Shown: positions 23,623 through 32,922, counted from the stretch's first letter. The stretch is 50,703 bases of DNA from Erysipelotrichaceae bacterium (GCA_017397025.1 JAFQKG010000131.1:1-50703); one strand, 5' to 3'. Notes: generated from the sequence alone by a model not told the origin. Numbers and translations: made by a program.

Positions 23623-23633
23623 ACATTCACCTC

Positions 23634-24989
23634 TTAAGCTAAAATATCATGAATGTCATTCAAACCCTGATTTGTGGTGACGACGATGACTGTATCTCCT
23701 ACCATGATCATATCTTTTCCTCGAGGAGTAATAATTTTATTCTTACGCACAATACAGCAAATCAAAAGATTCTTTTTTAATGACATTTTTTCAAACGGAA
23801 TTCCAACTACATCTGAAGTTTCCTTAATTTTAAAGGCCAGCGCCTCAGCTTTTCCATTGATGATTCGATATAAAGTCTCGACATTGTTGCCACTGGCATT
23901 TTCCATCGCACGAACATATTGAAGAATACTGTTGGCAGTAATGTGCTTTGGCGATACCAAAGCACCCAGATTCAGCTTTTCAACAACATTTTCAAAAGAA
24001 ATGCGATTGACCTTGGTTACACGCTTCGCTTTTGAATTTTCGCCCGCAAACAAAGACAGCATAATATTTTCTTCGTCAAAATTAGTCAATGCAACAAAAG
24101 ACTGCATATATTCTAATCCTTCTTCTAACAAAACTTCTTCCTCAGTTGCATCTCCATTAATGATAACTGCATTAGGAAGCTGTTCACTGAGAGTTTCACA
24201 TTTCTGACGATCTCGTTCAATAATTTTTACTTCAATTCCCATATTCATCAGCTTTTCAGCCAAATAAATCGCAATTGTACTTCCGCCAACAATCATTGTA
24301 TTAGTCACTTGATTATAGTCAAAAGAAATCTTTTTAAAGAATTCAGCAGCCTTTTTCGCAGAAGCAATAAACGAAATCTTGTCTCCTCCCTGCAGGACGA
24401 AATTCCCATTTGGAATGATGACTTCTTCACCGCGCTCCACCGCACAAACTAAAACATCGCACAAAAAGAAAGAAACAATTTCCATGACTTTTCGATTATG
24501 GAGCACTGATTTTTCCGGCAGCTGAACACGTAGAAGTTCTACACGTCCTTTAGCGAATGTATCTGCCTTGATGGCAGAAGGGAAACGCAGAAGACGCGCA
24601 ATTTCATCCGCTGCAGCCTGTTCAGGATTGATAATCATTGACAGCCCAAGTTCTTCGCGAATAAAACCAATTTCTGTATTGTAGATTGGATTTCTTACTC
24701 GCGCAATGGTATGACAGTTCCCTGCTTTTTTCGCAATCAAACAGCACAAAAGGTTCAATTCATCTGATGTTGTCACCGCTAAAAGAAGATCCGCCTCTTC
24801 TACTCCAGCCTCCATCTGAACCCCATAGCTGGCTCCATTGCCCACAATTCCCATAATATCCAACGAACTGGAAACACTTTCCACAAGCTTTGCATTAGTA
24901 TCTACAACGACAATATCATGTCCTTCTTCATTCAAGGCACCTGCCAGTGTTCTGCCTACTTTTCCACATCCTACAATAATGATCTTCAT
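23634..24989 (-). CDS. trkA: Trk system potassium uptake protein, NAD-binding subunit
   Basis: 451 aa with two tandem RCK units. Rossmann motifs are MKIIIVGCGKVG and MIVGGSTIA. Confidence 0.92.
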   Translation of the reverse strand: MKIIIVGCGKVGRTLAGALNEEGHDIVVVDTNAKLVESVSSSLDIMGIVGNGASYGVQMEAGVEEADLLLAVTTSDELNLLCCLIAKKAGNCHTIARVRNPIYNTEIGFIREELGLSMIINPEQAAADEIARLLRFPSAIKADTFAKGRVELLRVQLPEKSVLHNRKVMEIVSFFLCDVLVCAVERGEEVIIPNGNFVLQGGDKISFIASAKKAAEFFKKISFDYNQVTNTMIVGGSTIAIYLAEKLMNMGIEVKIIERDRQKCETLSEQLPNAVIINGDATEEEVLLEEGLEYMQSFVALTNFDEENIMLSLFAGENSKAKRVTKVNRISFENVVEKLNLGALVSPKHITANSILQYVRAMENASGNNVETLYRIINGKAEALAFKIKETSDVVGIPFEKMSLKKNLLICCIVRKNKIITPRGKDMIMVGDTVIVVTTNQGLNDIHDILA

Positions 24990-25018
24990 AGTTATCCATC
25001 CCTTTTGGTATTAAACAA

Positions 25019-25047
25019 ATTTTAATCCAATCTAAATACTTTGACAA
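25019..25047 (-). promoter_or_regulatory. Putative sigma-A promoter of trkA-trkH
   Basis: Minus strand reads TTGTCA (25042-25047), 17 nt, TAAAAT (25019-25024). Confidence 0.5.
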
Positions 25048-25080
25048 CACCATTATTCTTCATCTTAATCAATTCTTAAC

Positions 25081-25107
25081 AAGAAAACAGGCTAATTTTG
25101 AGCCTGT
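25081..25107 (-). terminator. Terminator after the phosphatase gene (potentially bidirectional)
   Basis: ACAGGCT / AGCCTGT 7-bp stem with a 7-nt loop, flanked by an A-run on one side and a T-run on the other. Confidence 0.6.
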
Positions 25108-25112
25108 CTTTT

Positions 25113-25820
25113 TTAAAGAGTTAAATTTTTCTGGATTTGTTCAATCTGAGATTCACTCAATCCCAGCACATTCGTGCAATATGTACAAATGCCCCCCATT
25201 TTTTCAATTTCATCCAGTGAAATTGTCATATATTCTTCAATCGCAGTGATCAAAGGATAAACATCTTTTTTCGTTTGATCGCTCATTGCATTGAATTCTT
25301 TCATCAGCTGTGGATCTGATTTCTCGTCATTGGTTCTCAGATAATCCTTCATGATAAAATCACGGTCAGCACCCATTAAGGAAAGCACAAGTGCCGTCGC
25401 ATATCCAGTGCGATCCTTTCCCGCTGTGCAGTGAAACAAAACCGGAAAATTGTTCTGATCAGTCAAAAGAAGCAGGAATTCTCGATAAGCTTTCTGCGCA
25501 GCAGAATTATGGACAAAATCATAGTACTGATTTTTCATCACTCCAGATAAGTCTCGATCTAGCATATCAATATTTTTAGCACCTGAAGCTAATGCAGCCG
25601 CATCTGCCATCGGATCCAGACATACCGTATTCAATCCTTCTGGATTAGGGAACTCTTTTCTTTCATGCGCTCCTCTAAAATCTACAACCGTTTTAATTTC
25701 ATTTTTTAGCACTTTTATATCATTTTCTGTACTGAACATCAATCTACCAGATCGAATCAACTGATCATTCATCCCTTTAAACTGAACAGGACGAACATTG
25801 TATACTTTTTCAAACTTCAT
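25113..25820 (-). CDS. Protein-tyrosine phosphatase-like protein (CX5R, Y_phosphatase3-like)
   Basis: 235 aa. Active-site loop HCTAGKDRTG. Confidence 0.8.
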   Translation of the reverse strand: MKFEKVYNVRPVQFKGMNDQLIRSGRLMFSTENDIKVLKNEIKTVVDFRGAHERKEFPNPEGLNTVCLDPMADAAALASGAKNIDMLDRDLSGVMKNQYYDFVHNSAAQKAYREFLLLLTDQNNFPVLFHCTAGKDRTGYATALVLSLMGADRDFIMKDYLRTNDEKSDPQLMKEFNAMSDQTKKDVYPLITAIEEYMTISLDEIEKMGGICTYCTNVLGLSESQIEQIQKNLTL

Positions 25821-25872
25821 AATGTAACCTCACACTGTTTCAATGTATCGAAAAGAATCCCATTTGTCAACA

Positions 25873-25904
25873 AGACAAAAGAAAACTCTCTTGCGAGAGT
25901 TTTC
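25873..25904 (-). terminator. Rho-independent terminator of rplK-rplA
   Basis: GAAAACTCTC / GAGAGTTTTC 10-bp perfect stem with a 4-nt loop, followed by UUUUGUCUUG. Confidence 0.7.
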
Positions 25905-25917
25905 CGATTTGTTCAAC

Positions 25918-26595
25918 TTATTCAGTAGCTACTTTGATACCAGGACCCATTGTAGTTGAGAGAGTGATGCTCTTCATATAAGTCCCCTTAACTGCAGCAG
26001 GTCTAACCTTAACCAGCTGTGCATACAGAGCCTTGTAGTTTTCAAGCAACTGTTCTTCAGTAAATGAGCATTTACCAATCAGACAGTTGATATTACCTTC
26101 TTTGTCTGTACGGTAAGTAACTTTACCCTTTTTGATTTCGTTAACTGCGTTAGCGATGTTCATAGTTACTGTACCTGTCTTAGGGTTTGGCATCAGACCC
26201 TTAGGACCTAGGATCTTACCAAGCTTACCAAGTTCACCCATCATATCTGGAGTTGCTACGATAACATCAAAGCCGAACCATCCGCCTCTGATTTCATCCA
26301 GCATTTCCTTACCACCTACGAAATCTGCACCTGCATCCTTAGCTTCCTGTTCCTTAGCACCCTTAGTGATAACCAGAACCTTCTGTGTACGGCCTGTTCC
26401 ATGAGGAAGAACCATAGCACCACGGATCTGCTGATCAGCGTGACGAGGGTCAACATTCAGATTGAATGAAACTTCAACTGAAGCATCGAACTTAGCGATG
26501 TTAGTGCTCTTTGCCAGTGCAACAGCTTCAACTGCGCTGTAGCTCTTTGTCTTATCGATCTGCTTTAAAGCTTCTGCGTATTTCTTTCCTGCCAT
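25918..26595 (-). CDS. rplA: 50S ribosomal protein L1
   Basis: 225 aa. MAGKKY..., [11 protein letters not shown] and LPHGTGR motifs. Confidence 0.97.
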   Translation of the reverse strand: MAGKKYAEALKQIDKTKSYSAVEAVALAKSTNIAKFDASVEVSFNLNVDPRHADQQIRGAMVLPHGTGRTQKVLVITKGAKEQEAKDAGADFVGGKEMLDEIRGGWFGFDVIVATPDMMGELGKLGKILGPKGLMPNPKTGTVTMNIANAVNEIKKGKVTYRTDKEGNINCLIGKCSFTEEQLLENYKALYAQLVKVRPAAVKGTYMKSITLSTTMGPGIKVATE

Positions 26596-26599
26596 GTTC

Positions 26600-27022
26600 T
26601 TACTCCATTCCTTCTACAACAACACCCATATTGCGTGCTGTACCTGCAATAATTCTCATTGCAGCTTCTACATCATTTGCGTTCAGGTCTGGCAGCTTGT
26701 ATTCAGCGATCTGTCTGCACTGTTCCAGAGTGATCTTACCTGCCTTAACAGCCTTAGGGCTTCCTGAAGCCTTAGAAATGCCTGCTGCTTCCTTAATCAT
26801 GTGTGCAGCTGGTGTAGTCTTCAGAACATAGTCGAAGCTCTTATCTTCGTATGCTGTGATGATAACTGGTACTACTTTGCCCATTCTGTCACGTGTAGCA
26901 TCGTTAAATGCAGTACAGAACTGAGGCATGTTGATTCCAGCAGATGCCAGCGCTGGTCCTGGTTTTGCCTGCCCGCCCTTGAACTGAAGCTTGCAGACTT
27001 TTGCAACTTTCTTTCTACTCAC
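26600..27022 (-). CDS. rplK: 50S ribosomal protein L11
   Basis: [22 protein letters not shown] motif. I chose the GTG start at 27022 (GGAGG 8 nt upstream), which gives a canonical 140-aa L11. The ORF-track extension to 27076 runs into the leader. Confidence 0.95.
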   Translation of the reverse strand: MSRKKVAKVCKLQFKGGQAKPGPALASAGINMPQFCTAFNDATRDRMGKVVPVIITAYEDKSFDYVLKTTPAAHMIKEAAGISKASGSPKAVKAGKITLEQCRQIAEYKLPDLNANDVEAAMRIIAGTARNMGVVVEGME

Positions 27023-27115
27023 AAGACTTACCTCCATTAAAATTTGCTTGTGCTGTGGTTTTCTGAGCGAGTGCATACCGCTCTCCCACGCATGTTAAAA
27101 GCACTTCGAGAGTGC
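27023..27115 (-). promoter_or_regulatory. rplK 5' leader with two hairpins (candidate L1 autoregulatory site)
   Basis: About 95-nt UTR. Hairpin AAGCACU-cucga-AGUGCUU lies at 27099-27117. Then GCGUGGGAGAGCG-guaugcacu-CGCUC at 27065-27083. The function is inferred only by analogy to L1 feedback on L11-operon leaders. Confidence 0.3.
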
Positions 27116-27121
27116 TTCAAT

Positions 27122-27150
27122 AATATATCACTTCACAGATAGTGCGTCAA
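27122..27150 (-). promoter_or_regulatory. Sigma-A promoter of rplK-rplA
   Basis: Minus strand reads TTGACG (27145-27150), 17 nt, TATATT (27122-27127). Confidence 0.55.
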
Positions 27151-27167
27151 GCACAAAATGCTTTATT

Positions 27168-27689
27168 TTAAAGCTTTTTTTGAACTTTTTCATACACTTG
27201 TTCAAACCAGGCTTCAACATCTTCAAAGTTCTTTTCAAGTGCTGATTTTAAGCGCTCAGCAAGAGCTTCTGCCTGCTGTTTCTGCTTGAAAGTAATCATC
27301 TGTTTCTGTACCGCTTCTTCCAGTTCATCCAGATCCAATACTCTCACAGTCCCTCCTGGCTGATACACAACATCCACAATCAAATCAGTAAACCATGTAT
27401 TTTCCCCATCAATAAAAACTTCATCGGCAATATCAAAATAAATTTGAAACAATTTCCCTGATGCATCAAACATCGCCGTTGCCCAAATATTTGAATTTCT
27501 CCATGCGCATTGAACCCACGTGATCCCTTGATTACAAATAACAAGTGCAGGATTGCCTACAGAAAATGGTTCACTGACCTGCTTCATATGAATGACACCA
27601 CAGAAACAGTCTTCAAGCATAAACCAGGACAATTCTTTTTCTGTGATCATCATCCATGTCGCTCGTTTCCAACTTCTTTTATCCAGCAT
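27168..27689 (-). CDS. DUF402-domain protein (Ntdp/FomD-like putative nucleotide phosphohydrolase)
   Basis: 173 aa from ATG 27689 (RBS GAGGAA). Core FQIYFDIADEVFIDGENTWFTDLIVDVVYQPGGTVRVLDLDELEEA resembles DUF402. The ORF-track N-terminal extension overlaps the upstream GNAT gene in another frame. Confidence 0.7.
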   Translation of the reverse strand: MLDKRSWKRATWMMITEKELSWFMLEDCFCGVIHMKQVSEPFSVGNPALVICNQGITWVQCAWRNSNIWATAMFDASGKLFQIYFDIADEVFIDGENTWFTDLIVDVVYQPGGTVRVLDLDELEEAVQKQMITFKQKQQAEALAERLKSALEKNFEDVEAWFEQVYEKVQKKL

Positions 27690-27694
27690 GATGC

Positions 27695-28318
27695 TTATTC
27701 CTCTTGTTTCTGTTTTGCGTTCATCCAGCTGCACGCAAATGCCCCTGCAGTGCCAATCCCTGTCAAATAAGCATAAAAGGCAGTCTGGAGCGTGTTGATT
27801 TTTCGAAATAGATCCATTCCAAACAGAAGCAGTCCAACAGCAGCCACGCCAAGAAAAACCACTCTTAATTCCTTTACCCTCAAAAATCCTAGCGTCTTTC
27901 CTCTTTTTCTGAGCCATCCAATATATTCTTCTTTATAAAGGGAGTAAGGTTCAATACAAATTGTTTCTTCATTTTCGTCATCAATTTCTTGAAGTGATTC
28001 TTTACGAAACCCGAAGCACTCCATCAAATTCTTCTTCATGATATTGTTGCTGATACAATGAAAAAGCACCTTTCTTGCATTCATACGATAAAACACAACA
28101 TTCAGTAAACTTTCCATCAATTCATTTTCATGCATCATAACATCAAATCCATTGATTTCAATCACAGACTTTTCGATTTCTTTGAAAGATACATATCCTA
28201 TCAATCCATCATTTTCTTTCCGCATTACTTTCCAGTAAACAGATGAATATGGCACATCACAAAACATCTGCAAATCTGCACGTGGTACCTCTTCAATAAT
28301 CAAATGTTTCGTTTCCAT
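27695..28318 (-). CDS. GNAT (RimJ/RimL-like) acetyltransferase fused to a C-terminal two-helix membrane anchor
   Basis: 207 aa. Residues 1 to about 125 are GNAT-like (NARKVLFHCISNNIMKKNLMECFGFRKE). The C-terminus has two hydrophobic helices (VVFLGVAAVGLLLFGMDLF and AFYAYLTGIGTAGAFACSWM). The stop lies 5 nt before the DUF402 ATG. Confidence 0.65.
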   Translation of the reverse strand: METKHLIIEEVPRADLQMFCDVPYSSVYWKVMRKENDGLIGYVSFKEIEKSVIEINGFDVMMHENELMESLLNVVFYRMNARKVLFHCISNNIMKKNLMECFGFRKESLQEIDDENEETICIEPYSLYKEEYIGWLRKRGKTLGFLRVKELRVVFLGVAAVGLLLFGMDLFRKINTLQTAFYAYLTGIGTAGAFACSWMNAKQKQEE

Positions 28319-28333
28319 ACATGAGCCCCCTTA

Positions 28334-28360
28334 CAGAAAACACAGCATTTCTGCTGTGCT
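28334..28360 (-). terminator. Rho-independent terminator of deoC
   Basis: CACAGCA / TGCTGTG 7-bp stem with a 4-nt loop, followed by UUUUCUGU. Confidence 0.6.
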
Positions 28361-28366
28361 TAGAAA

Positions 28367-29032
28367 TTAGTATCCAGAAGTTTTTTCGCCTTCAATCAGT
28401 TTGATGGCAGAACTTGTTCCCAAACGATCAACACCCACTGCCAGATAATCTTCCATATCCTTGACAGAACGGATACCTCCAGCAGCTTTCATCTTTACAT
28501 TAGGACCAATGTGCTTCTTGAACAAAAGAATATCTTCCATAGTTGCACCAGCAGTACCAAAACCAGTGCTTGTCTTGATGTATTCAGCGCCTGCATTTGT
28601 GACCGCATGACACATTGCAATTTTTTCTTCTTCGTCTAAGTAGCAAGTTTCAATGATAACTTTCAAAATGTGATCTCCGCACGCTTCTTTCAAAGCACGA
28701 ATTTCATCTTCTACTTTTTTGTAGTCTTTGTTTTTTACATCAGCAATATTAACCACCATATCAATTTCATTAGCGCCATCCGCCAATGCAGATTTTACTT
28801 CTTCTACTTTAGAAGATGTACTGTTATAACCCAAAGGAAAACCAACCACAGTACAAAGATTAACTTTATCTCCATACTTTTCATTCAGACGCTTCAGATA
28901 GCACTGTGGAATGCAGATGGATGCAGTTCCATATTCAATAGATTCTTCGGCAATTTTCTGAATCTGTTCCCAAGTAGCTGTTGCCTTGAGCAGTGTATGA
29001 TCAACATGACTTAAAATTTCTTTTGTATTCAT
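28367..29032 (-). CDS. deoC: Deoxyribose-phosphate aldolase
   Basis: VDHTLLK, YIKTSTGF and VKMKAAGGIRS motifs. The ATG at 29032 is preceded by GGAGG. Confidence 0.92.
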   Translation of the reverse strand: MNTKEILSHVDHTLLKATATWEQIQKIAEESIEYGTASICIPQCYLKRLNEKYGDKVNLCTVVGFPLGYNSTSSKVEEVKSALADGANEIDMVVNIADVKNKDYKKVEDEIRALKEACGDHILKVIIETCYLDEEEKIAMCHAVTNAGAEYIKTSTGFGTAGATMEDILLFKKHIGPNVKMKAAGGIRSVKDMEDYLAVGVDRLGTSSAIKLIEGEKTSGY

Positions 29033-29101
29033 AAAAACCTCCACGTTTTTCTCTACATCCAGTTTGGCAGTTCATGCTTAAAAAGTCAAGAAAAAGGGAG
29101 A

Positions 29102-30442
29102 TTAATAATCCCCCTGAACTATCATTGCATCAATGACTTTCTGCATGCCTGCAATATTTGCAGCTGCAACATAATTTCTAGAATCCAAATCATACTGATT
29201 CATGGCATCTTCACACTGTGCATGTATCGCTTTCATGATGCCTTTCAGTTTTTCATCCACCTCTTCAAATGTCCAAGACAGACGCATGCTGTTTTGAGAC
29301 ATTTCCAGTGCAGACGTGGCTACACCACCTGCATTCGCTGCCTTTCCAGGGGCAAAAAGAATATCCTTTTCACGATAGACATGAATTGCCTCATTGTCAG
29401 ACGGCATATTTGCGCCCTCTGCCACAAGCACACAGCCATTACGAATGATGCGTTCAGCACGTTCTTTATTGATTTCATTCTGTGTTGCACATGGCAAAAC
29501 AACCTCAGCATTCAGCTCTGCATCATAGACGGAACCTTCATGATAAGTTCCATGTCCTGCCAGTGCAGGATAGTCGCATAAAGAACCTCTATTGATTTCC
29601 TTAATCGTCTTAACAGTATCCAGACAAAGGTTTTCATCAACGATGTAACCCTTGGAATCACTCATTGCAATAACCTTCAAGTCATTCTGCATTGCCTTCT
29701 CTGCTGCATAAATCGCAACATTTCCTGAACCTGAAACAATTGTACGCTTACCCTCTGGCGTCATGCCGTGCTTTTTCATCATTTCCAGTACAAAGTAAAC
29801 TAGTCCATACCCAGTAGCTTGCTTACGCGCCAAAGAACCGCCATAGCTAAGCCCTTTTCCTGTTAAGACACCGCGTTCAGAAACACCTTTGATTCTACGA
29901 TACTGCCCATAGAAATATCCGATTTCGCGTGCTCCTGTTCCCATATCACCCGCAGGAACATCCACATCTGGCCCAATATGACGATACAGTTCTGTCATAA
30001 AGCTCTGGCAGAAACGCATCACTTCAGTATCGCTTTTCCCTTTTGGGTCAAAGTCGCTTCCGCCTTTTCCTCCGCCGATTGGAAGTGTTGTCAATGCATT
30101 CTTGAAAATCTGCTCAAAACCAAGGAACTTCAACATTCCCATGGTCACAGATGGATGAAGACGAATTCCACCTTTATAAGGTCCCAGTACACTGCTGTAC
30201 TGCACGCGATATCCACGGTTCACATGCACTTGCCCCTCATCATCCATCCAAGGAACTTTAAATGTGATGATTCTTTCAGGCTCGCACAATCTTTCCAAAA
30301 TGGCCATCTTTTCATATTCAGGATGGCGGTCAAAAATCACTTCAACAGAAGTCAGCACTTCTTCCAGTGCCTGAAGAAATTCAGGCTGAGATGCATCCTT
30401 CACTTTGAATTCATTCAATACTTTTTCAATATAGCTGTTCAT
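29102..30442 (-). CDS. gdhA: NADP-specific glutamate dehydrogenase
   Basis: 446 aa. PIGGGKGGSDFDPKGKSD catalytic glycine-rich motif and GSGNVA dinucleotide fold. Confidence 0.95.
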   Translation of the reverse strand: MNSYIEKVLNEFKVKDASQPEFLQALEEVLTSVEVIFDRHPEYEKMAILERLCEPERIITFKVPWMDDEGQVHVNRGYRVQYSSVLGPYKGGIRLHPSVTMGMLKFLGFEQIFKNALTTLPIGGGKGGSDFDPKGKSDTEVMRFCQSFMTELYRHIGPDVDVPAGDMGTGAREIGYFYGQYRRIKGVSERGVLTGKGLSYGGSLARKQATGYGLVYFVLEMMKKHGMTPEGKRTIVSGSGNVAIYAAEKAMQNDLKVIAMSDSKGYIVDENLCLDTVKTIKEINRGSLCDYPALAGHGTYHEGSVYDAELNAEVVLPCATQNEINKERAERIIRNGCVLVAEGANMPSDNEAIHVYREKDILFAPGKAANAGGVATSALEMSQNSMRLSWTFEEVDEKLKGIMKAIHAQCEDAMNQYDLDSRNYVAAANIAGMQKVIDAMIVQGDY

Positions 30443-30518
30443 AAGAGATCCCCCTTGTATTATTTTACAACTCTATGAGTGTTCGTGCACACTTTCTTTT
30501 CAAAAAACAACATTTCCA

Positions 30519-30547
30519 CAAAAGAAAAACCGGAATCATTTCCGGTT
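30519..30547 (-). terminator. Rho-independent terminator of rpmG-secE-nusG
   Basis: AACCGGAA-tcat-TTCCGGTT perfect 8-bp stem followed by UUUUCUUUUG. Lies 6 nt after the nusG stop. Confidence 0.75.
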
Positions 30548-30552
30548 CATTC

Positions 30553-31095
30553 TTAAAGTTCAACTTTTTTCAAATCATTGTAGGAAATTTCAGTTGGTGT
30601 TTCACGTCCAAACAACGTACACAGGACATTTGCAACACCATTTTCATTGTCCATGGATTCAACCTTACCTTCAATGCCGCTCAGTGGACCAGACAGAATC
30701 TTCACACGATCACCAATTGTAAAGTCAACGTTGAGCTTACGTTCAGAAAGCCCCATACGACGCAGGATAGCTTCAATTTCATCTGGTGAAACAGGGAATG
30801 GCTTCGCGCCGCCGCCTGAAGATCCGATAAATCCTGTAACCCCTGGCGTATTACGAACAACATACCACGCTTCATCTGTCATGATCATTTCAACAAACAG
30901 ATACCCAGGGAAAAGATTATGTGCCTTTTCAACAGGCTTACCATTCTTATATTCGATTTCTGTTTCTTCTGCAACAACGATGCGGAACAGGAAATCACTG
31001 ATTCCCATTGTTTCTACACGCTTTTCCAGATTTTCTTTTACGCGGTTTTCATGACCGGCGTAAGTATTGACGACATACCACTGTTTTTCTTCCAT
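30553..31095 (-). CDS. nusG: Transcription termination/antitermination factor NusG
   Basis: 180 aa. WYVVNTYAGHENRVKENL NGN domain and GDRVKILSGPLSGIEGKV KOW motif. Confidence 0.96.
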   Translation of the reverse strand: MEEKQWYVVNTYAGHENRVKENLEKRVETMGISDFLFRIVVAEETEIEYKNGKPVEKAHNLFPGYLFVEMIMTDEAWYVVRNTPGVTGFIGSSGGGAKPFPVSPDEIEAILRRMGLSERKLNVDFTIGDRVKILSGPLSGIEGKVESMDNENGVANVLCTLFGRETPTEISYNDLKKVEL

Positions 31096-31097
31096 AC

Positions 31098-31283
31098 TTA
31101 TGCTCCAATTCCAATCAATTTCAGAATGCCTGTGATGATCAAATCACTTGCGATGAAGAAAGCTCCAAACGCAAATACAAACAGCAGAACTTCTCCTGTA
31201 TGTTCTGTAATATCTTTCACCTTAGGCCAGCGGATACGCTTGATTTCCTTGCTGATGCCACTCAGACTAAACCATTTCAACAT
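31098..31283 (-). CDS. secE: Preprotein translocase subunit SecE
   Basis: 61 aa. EIKRIRWP motif and a single TM helix. Sits between rpmG and nusG as in other Firmicutes. Confidence 0.85.
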   Translation of the reverse strand: MLKWFSLSGISKEIKRIRWPKVKDITEHTGEVLLFVFAFGAFFIASDLIITGILKLIGIGA

Positions 31284-31295
31284 CTTGGTTCCTCC

Positions 31296-31451
31296 TTATT
31301 TCGTTTCCTTGTGAAGTGTGTGCTGTCCACACTTTTTGCAGTATTTTTTCAGTTCAAGACGTTCAGCATGCGTCTTTTTGTTCCGATAGGTTGTGTAATT
31401 GCGACTCAGGCAGACTGTGCAAGTCAGAATTACTTTATCATCTTTTGCCAC
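31296..31451 (-). CDS. rpmG: 50S ribosomal protein L33 (Cys4 zinc-ribbon form)
   Basis: Not in the ORF track (51 aa). Manual translation from GTG 31451 (GGAGG upstream) gives (M)[50 protein letters not shown], with CxxC...CxxC motifs. Confidence 0.85.
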   Translation of the reverse strand: MAKDDKVILTCTVCLSRNYTTYRNKKTHAERLELKKYCKKCGQHTLHKETK

Positions 31452-31538
31452 GACAAAAACACCTCCAAGTCTTCACTTGCTCATTTACTTTATTATAAAG
31501 ACTTTTTCAAGTCAAACAAATCCTGAAAGAAGAACTTT

Positions 31539-32912
31539 TTATCGCACCTGCATCATTTTTTCGCGCTGTTTCAAAGAGCGTTTCAGCCATCCGCCATTTA
31601 AATAGTAGAGAATAAACAGCGTGCTTGTCAGCACCCAGGAAACAGGATAACAGAACAATGCTTCCAGTATAGTCGCTGTTGGGCCAAAGAAAATCCATAC
31701 CATACGTGTCACACAAATTCCGCATGCTGTCATCAGCATCGGAATAATCGCATCCCCGCAGGCACGTATCCCGCTTGAATACACTTCAATAAAGATAAAT
31801 GTAATCCAGGTTGGACACAAGAATTTCAAAATCTCCATACCAATGCGAATGACTTCCTGATCCGGTGTAAACAGACGATAGAACACGCTTCCTCCAACAT
31901 ACAATATGCTGCTTAGCAAAGCCGTGGATATCGCCAGCATGACAATGGTCTGTGTCATGCCTTTTTTAACTCGATCAATGTTTCCTGCCCCAAAATTCTG
32001 GCCGACAAATGTCATAACTGCAGTGCCAAAAGCACCTGTCATCATCCAAAACAAAGCATCAATTTTTCCAAAGGCAGTAAAGGCAGCTACAGTATCTGTT
32101 CCATAGCCATTGACTGTTGTCTGAATCAAAAGATTGGAGATGCTGTAAAGACACGATTGAATTCCTGCAGGAAGTCCAAGAGTAACAATACGCTTCATTG
32201 TCGTCATTTCACACTTCAATGCCTTTAGTTCAAACTGATAACAATCCTCTGTTTTTTTCAGCACAAACAATGTCAGTACACAGCTGAGAAGCTGTGAAAG
32301 TGTTGTTGCCAAACCTACTCCAAACACTTCCAGTCTAAGAACAACAACAAACACAATATCCAAAATGATGTTGCAGATGCAGGCTGCAATCAAAAAGTAC
32401 AATGGTCTTTTTGAATCGCCAATAGCTCGAAGAATTCCTGCACCCATGTTGTAGATCAGCATCGGAACAACACCAAGGAAATAAATTCTCATATATGTAA
32501 TGGAATACCCAATGATATCCTCTGGAACATTCATCATCTTTAAAAAGTCCGGGGCAAAGACAAAGCCAATCATCATCATGATGACACCACAGACCACCGC
32601 TAGAAACATTCCAGACTGCACACTGCGCTGTACACCATCATGATCACGTCTTCCATAAAACTGTGAAATAATGACTGTAGCCCCAGAAGAAACACCCGTA
32701 ACAAAACCAACCAGAAGGTTGATCAATGTGCCAGTAGAACCACCTACTGCACCTAATGCTTCCTTCCCAACAAAATTACCCACAATCACTGCATCGACAG
32801 TATTGTACAATTGTTGAAAGAAAGTACCAAATAAAATAGGAAAAAAGAAAATCAAAATCTGTTTCCAGATTGTACCGTTCAGAATATCTGAACGACTTGC
32901 ACGTAGTCTCAT
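31539..32912 (-). CDS. MATE-family efflux transporter
   Basis: 457 aa with 12 TM segments. N-terminal ILIFFFPILFGTFFQQLYNTVDAVIVG is typical of the MATE/NorM family. Confidence 0.9.
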   Translation of the reverse strand: MRLRASRSDILNGTIWKQILIFFFPILFGTFFQQLYNTVDAVIVGNFVGKEALGAVGGSTGTLINLLVGFVTGVSSGATVIISQFYGRRDHDGVQRSVQSGMFLAVVCGVIMMMIGFVFAPDFLKMMNVPEDIIGYSITYMRIYFLGVVPMLIYNMGAGILRAIGDSKRPLYFLIAACICNIILDIVFVVVLRLEVFGVGLATTLSQLLSCVLTLFVLKKTEDCYQFELKALKCEMTTMKRIVTLGLPAGIQSCLYSISNLLIQTTVNGYGTDTVAAFTAFGKIDALFWMMTGAFGTAVMTFVGQNFGAGNIDRVKKGMTQTIVMLAISTALLSSILYVGGSVFYRLFTPDQEVIRIGMEILKFLCPTWITFIFIEVYSSGIRACGDAIIPMLMTACGICVTRMVWIFFGPTATILEALFCYPVSWVLTSTLFILYYLNGGWLKRSLKQREKMMQVR

Positions 32913-32922
32913 ATTCTCTCCT

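Noticed and set aside
24990-25112. Possible c-di-AMP (ydaO/kimA-type) riboswitch upstream of trkA.
   Set aside because: Only about 30 nt lie between the predicted -10 (25019-25024) and the trkA start. The rest of the spacer is taken by the phosphatase terminator. There is no room for a riboswitch of about 130 nt.
31200-31526. A 108-aa plus-strand ORF and neighbours antisense to secE/rpmG.
   Set aside because: The region is fully explained by secE and the manually found rpmG on the minus strand. The antisense translation has no features.
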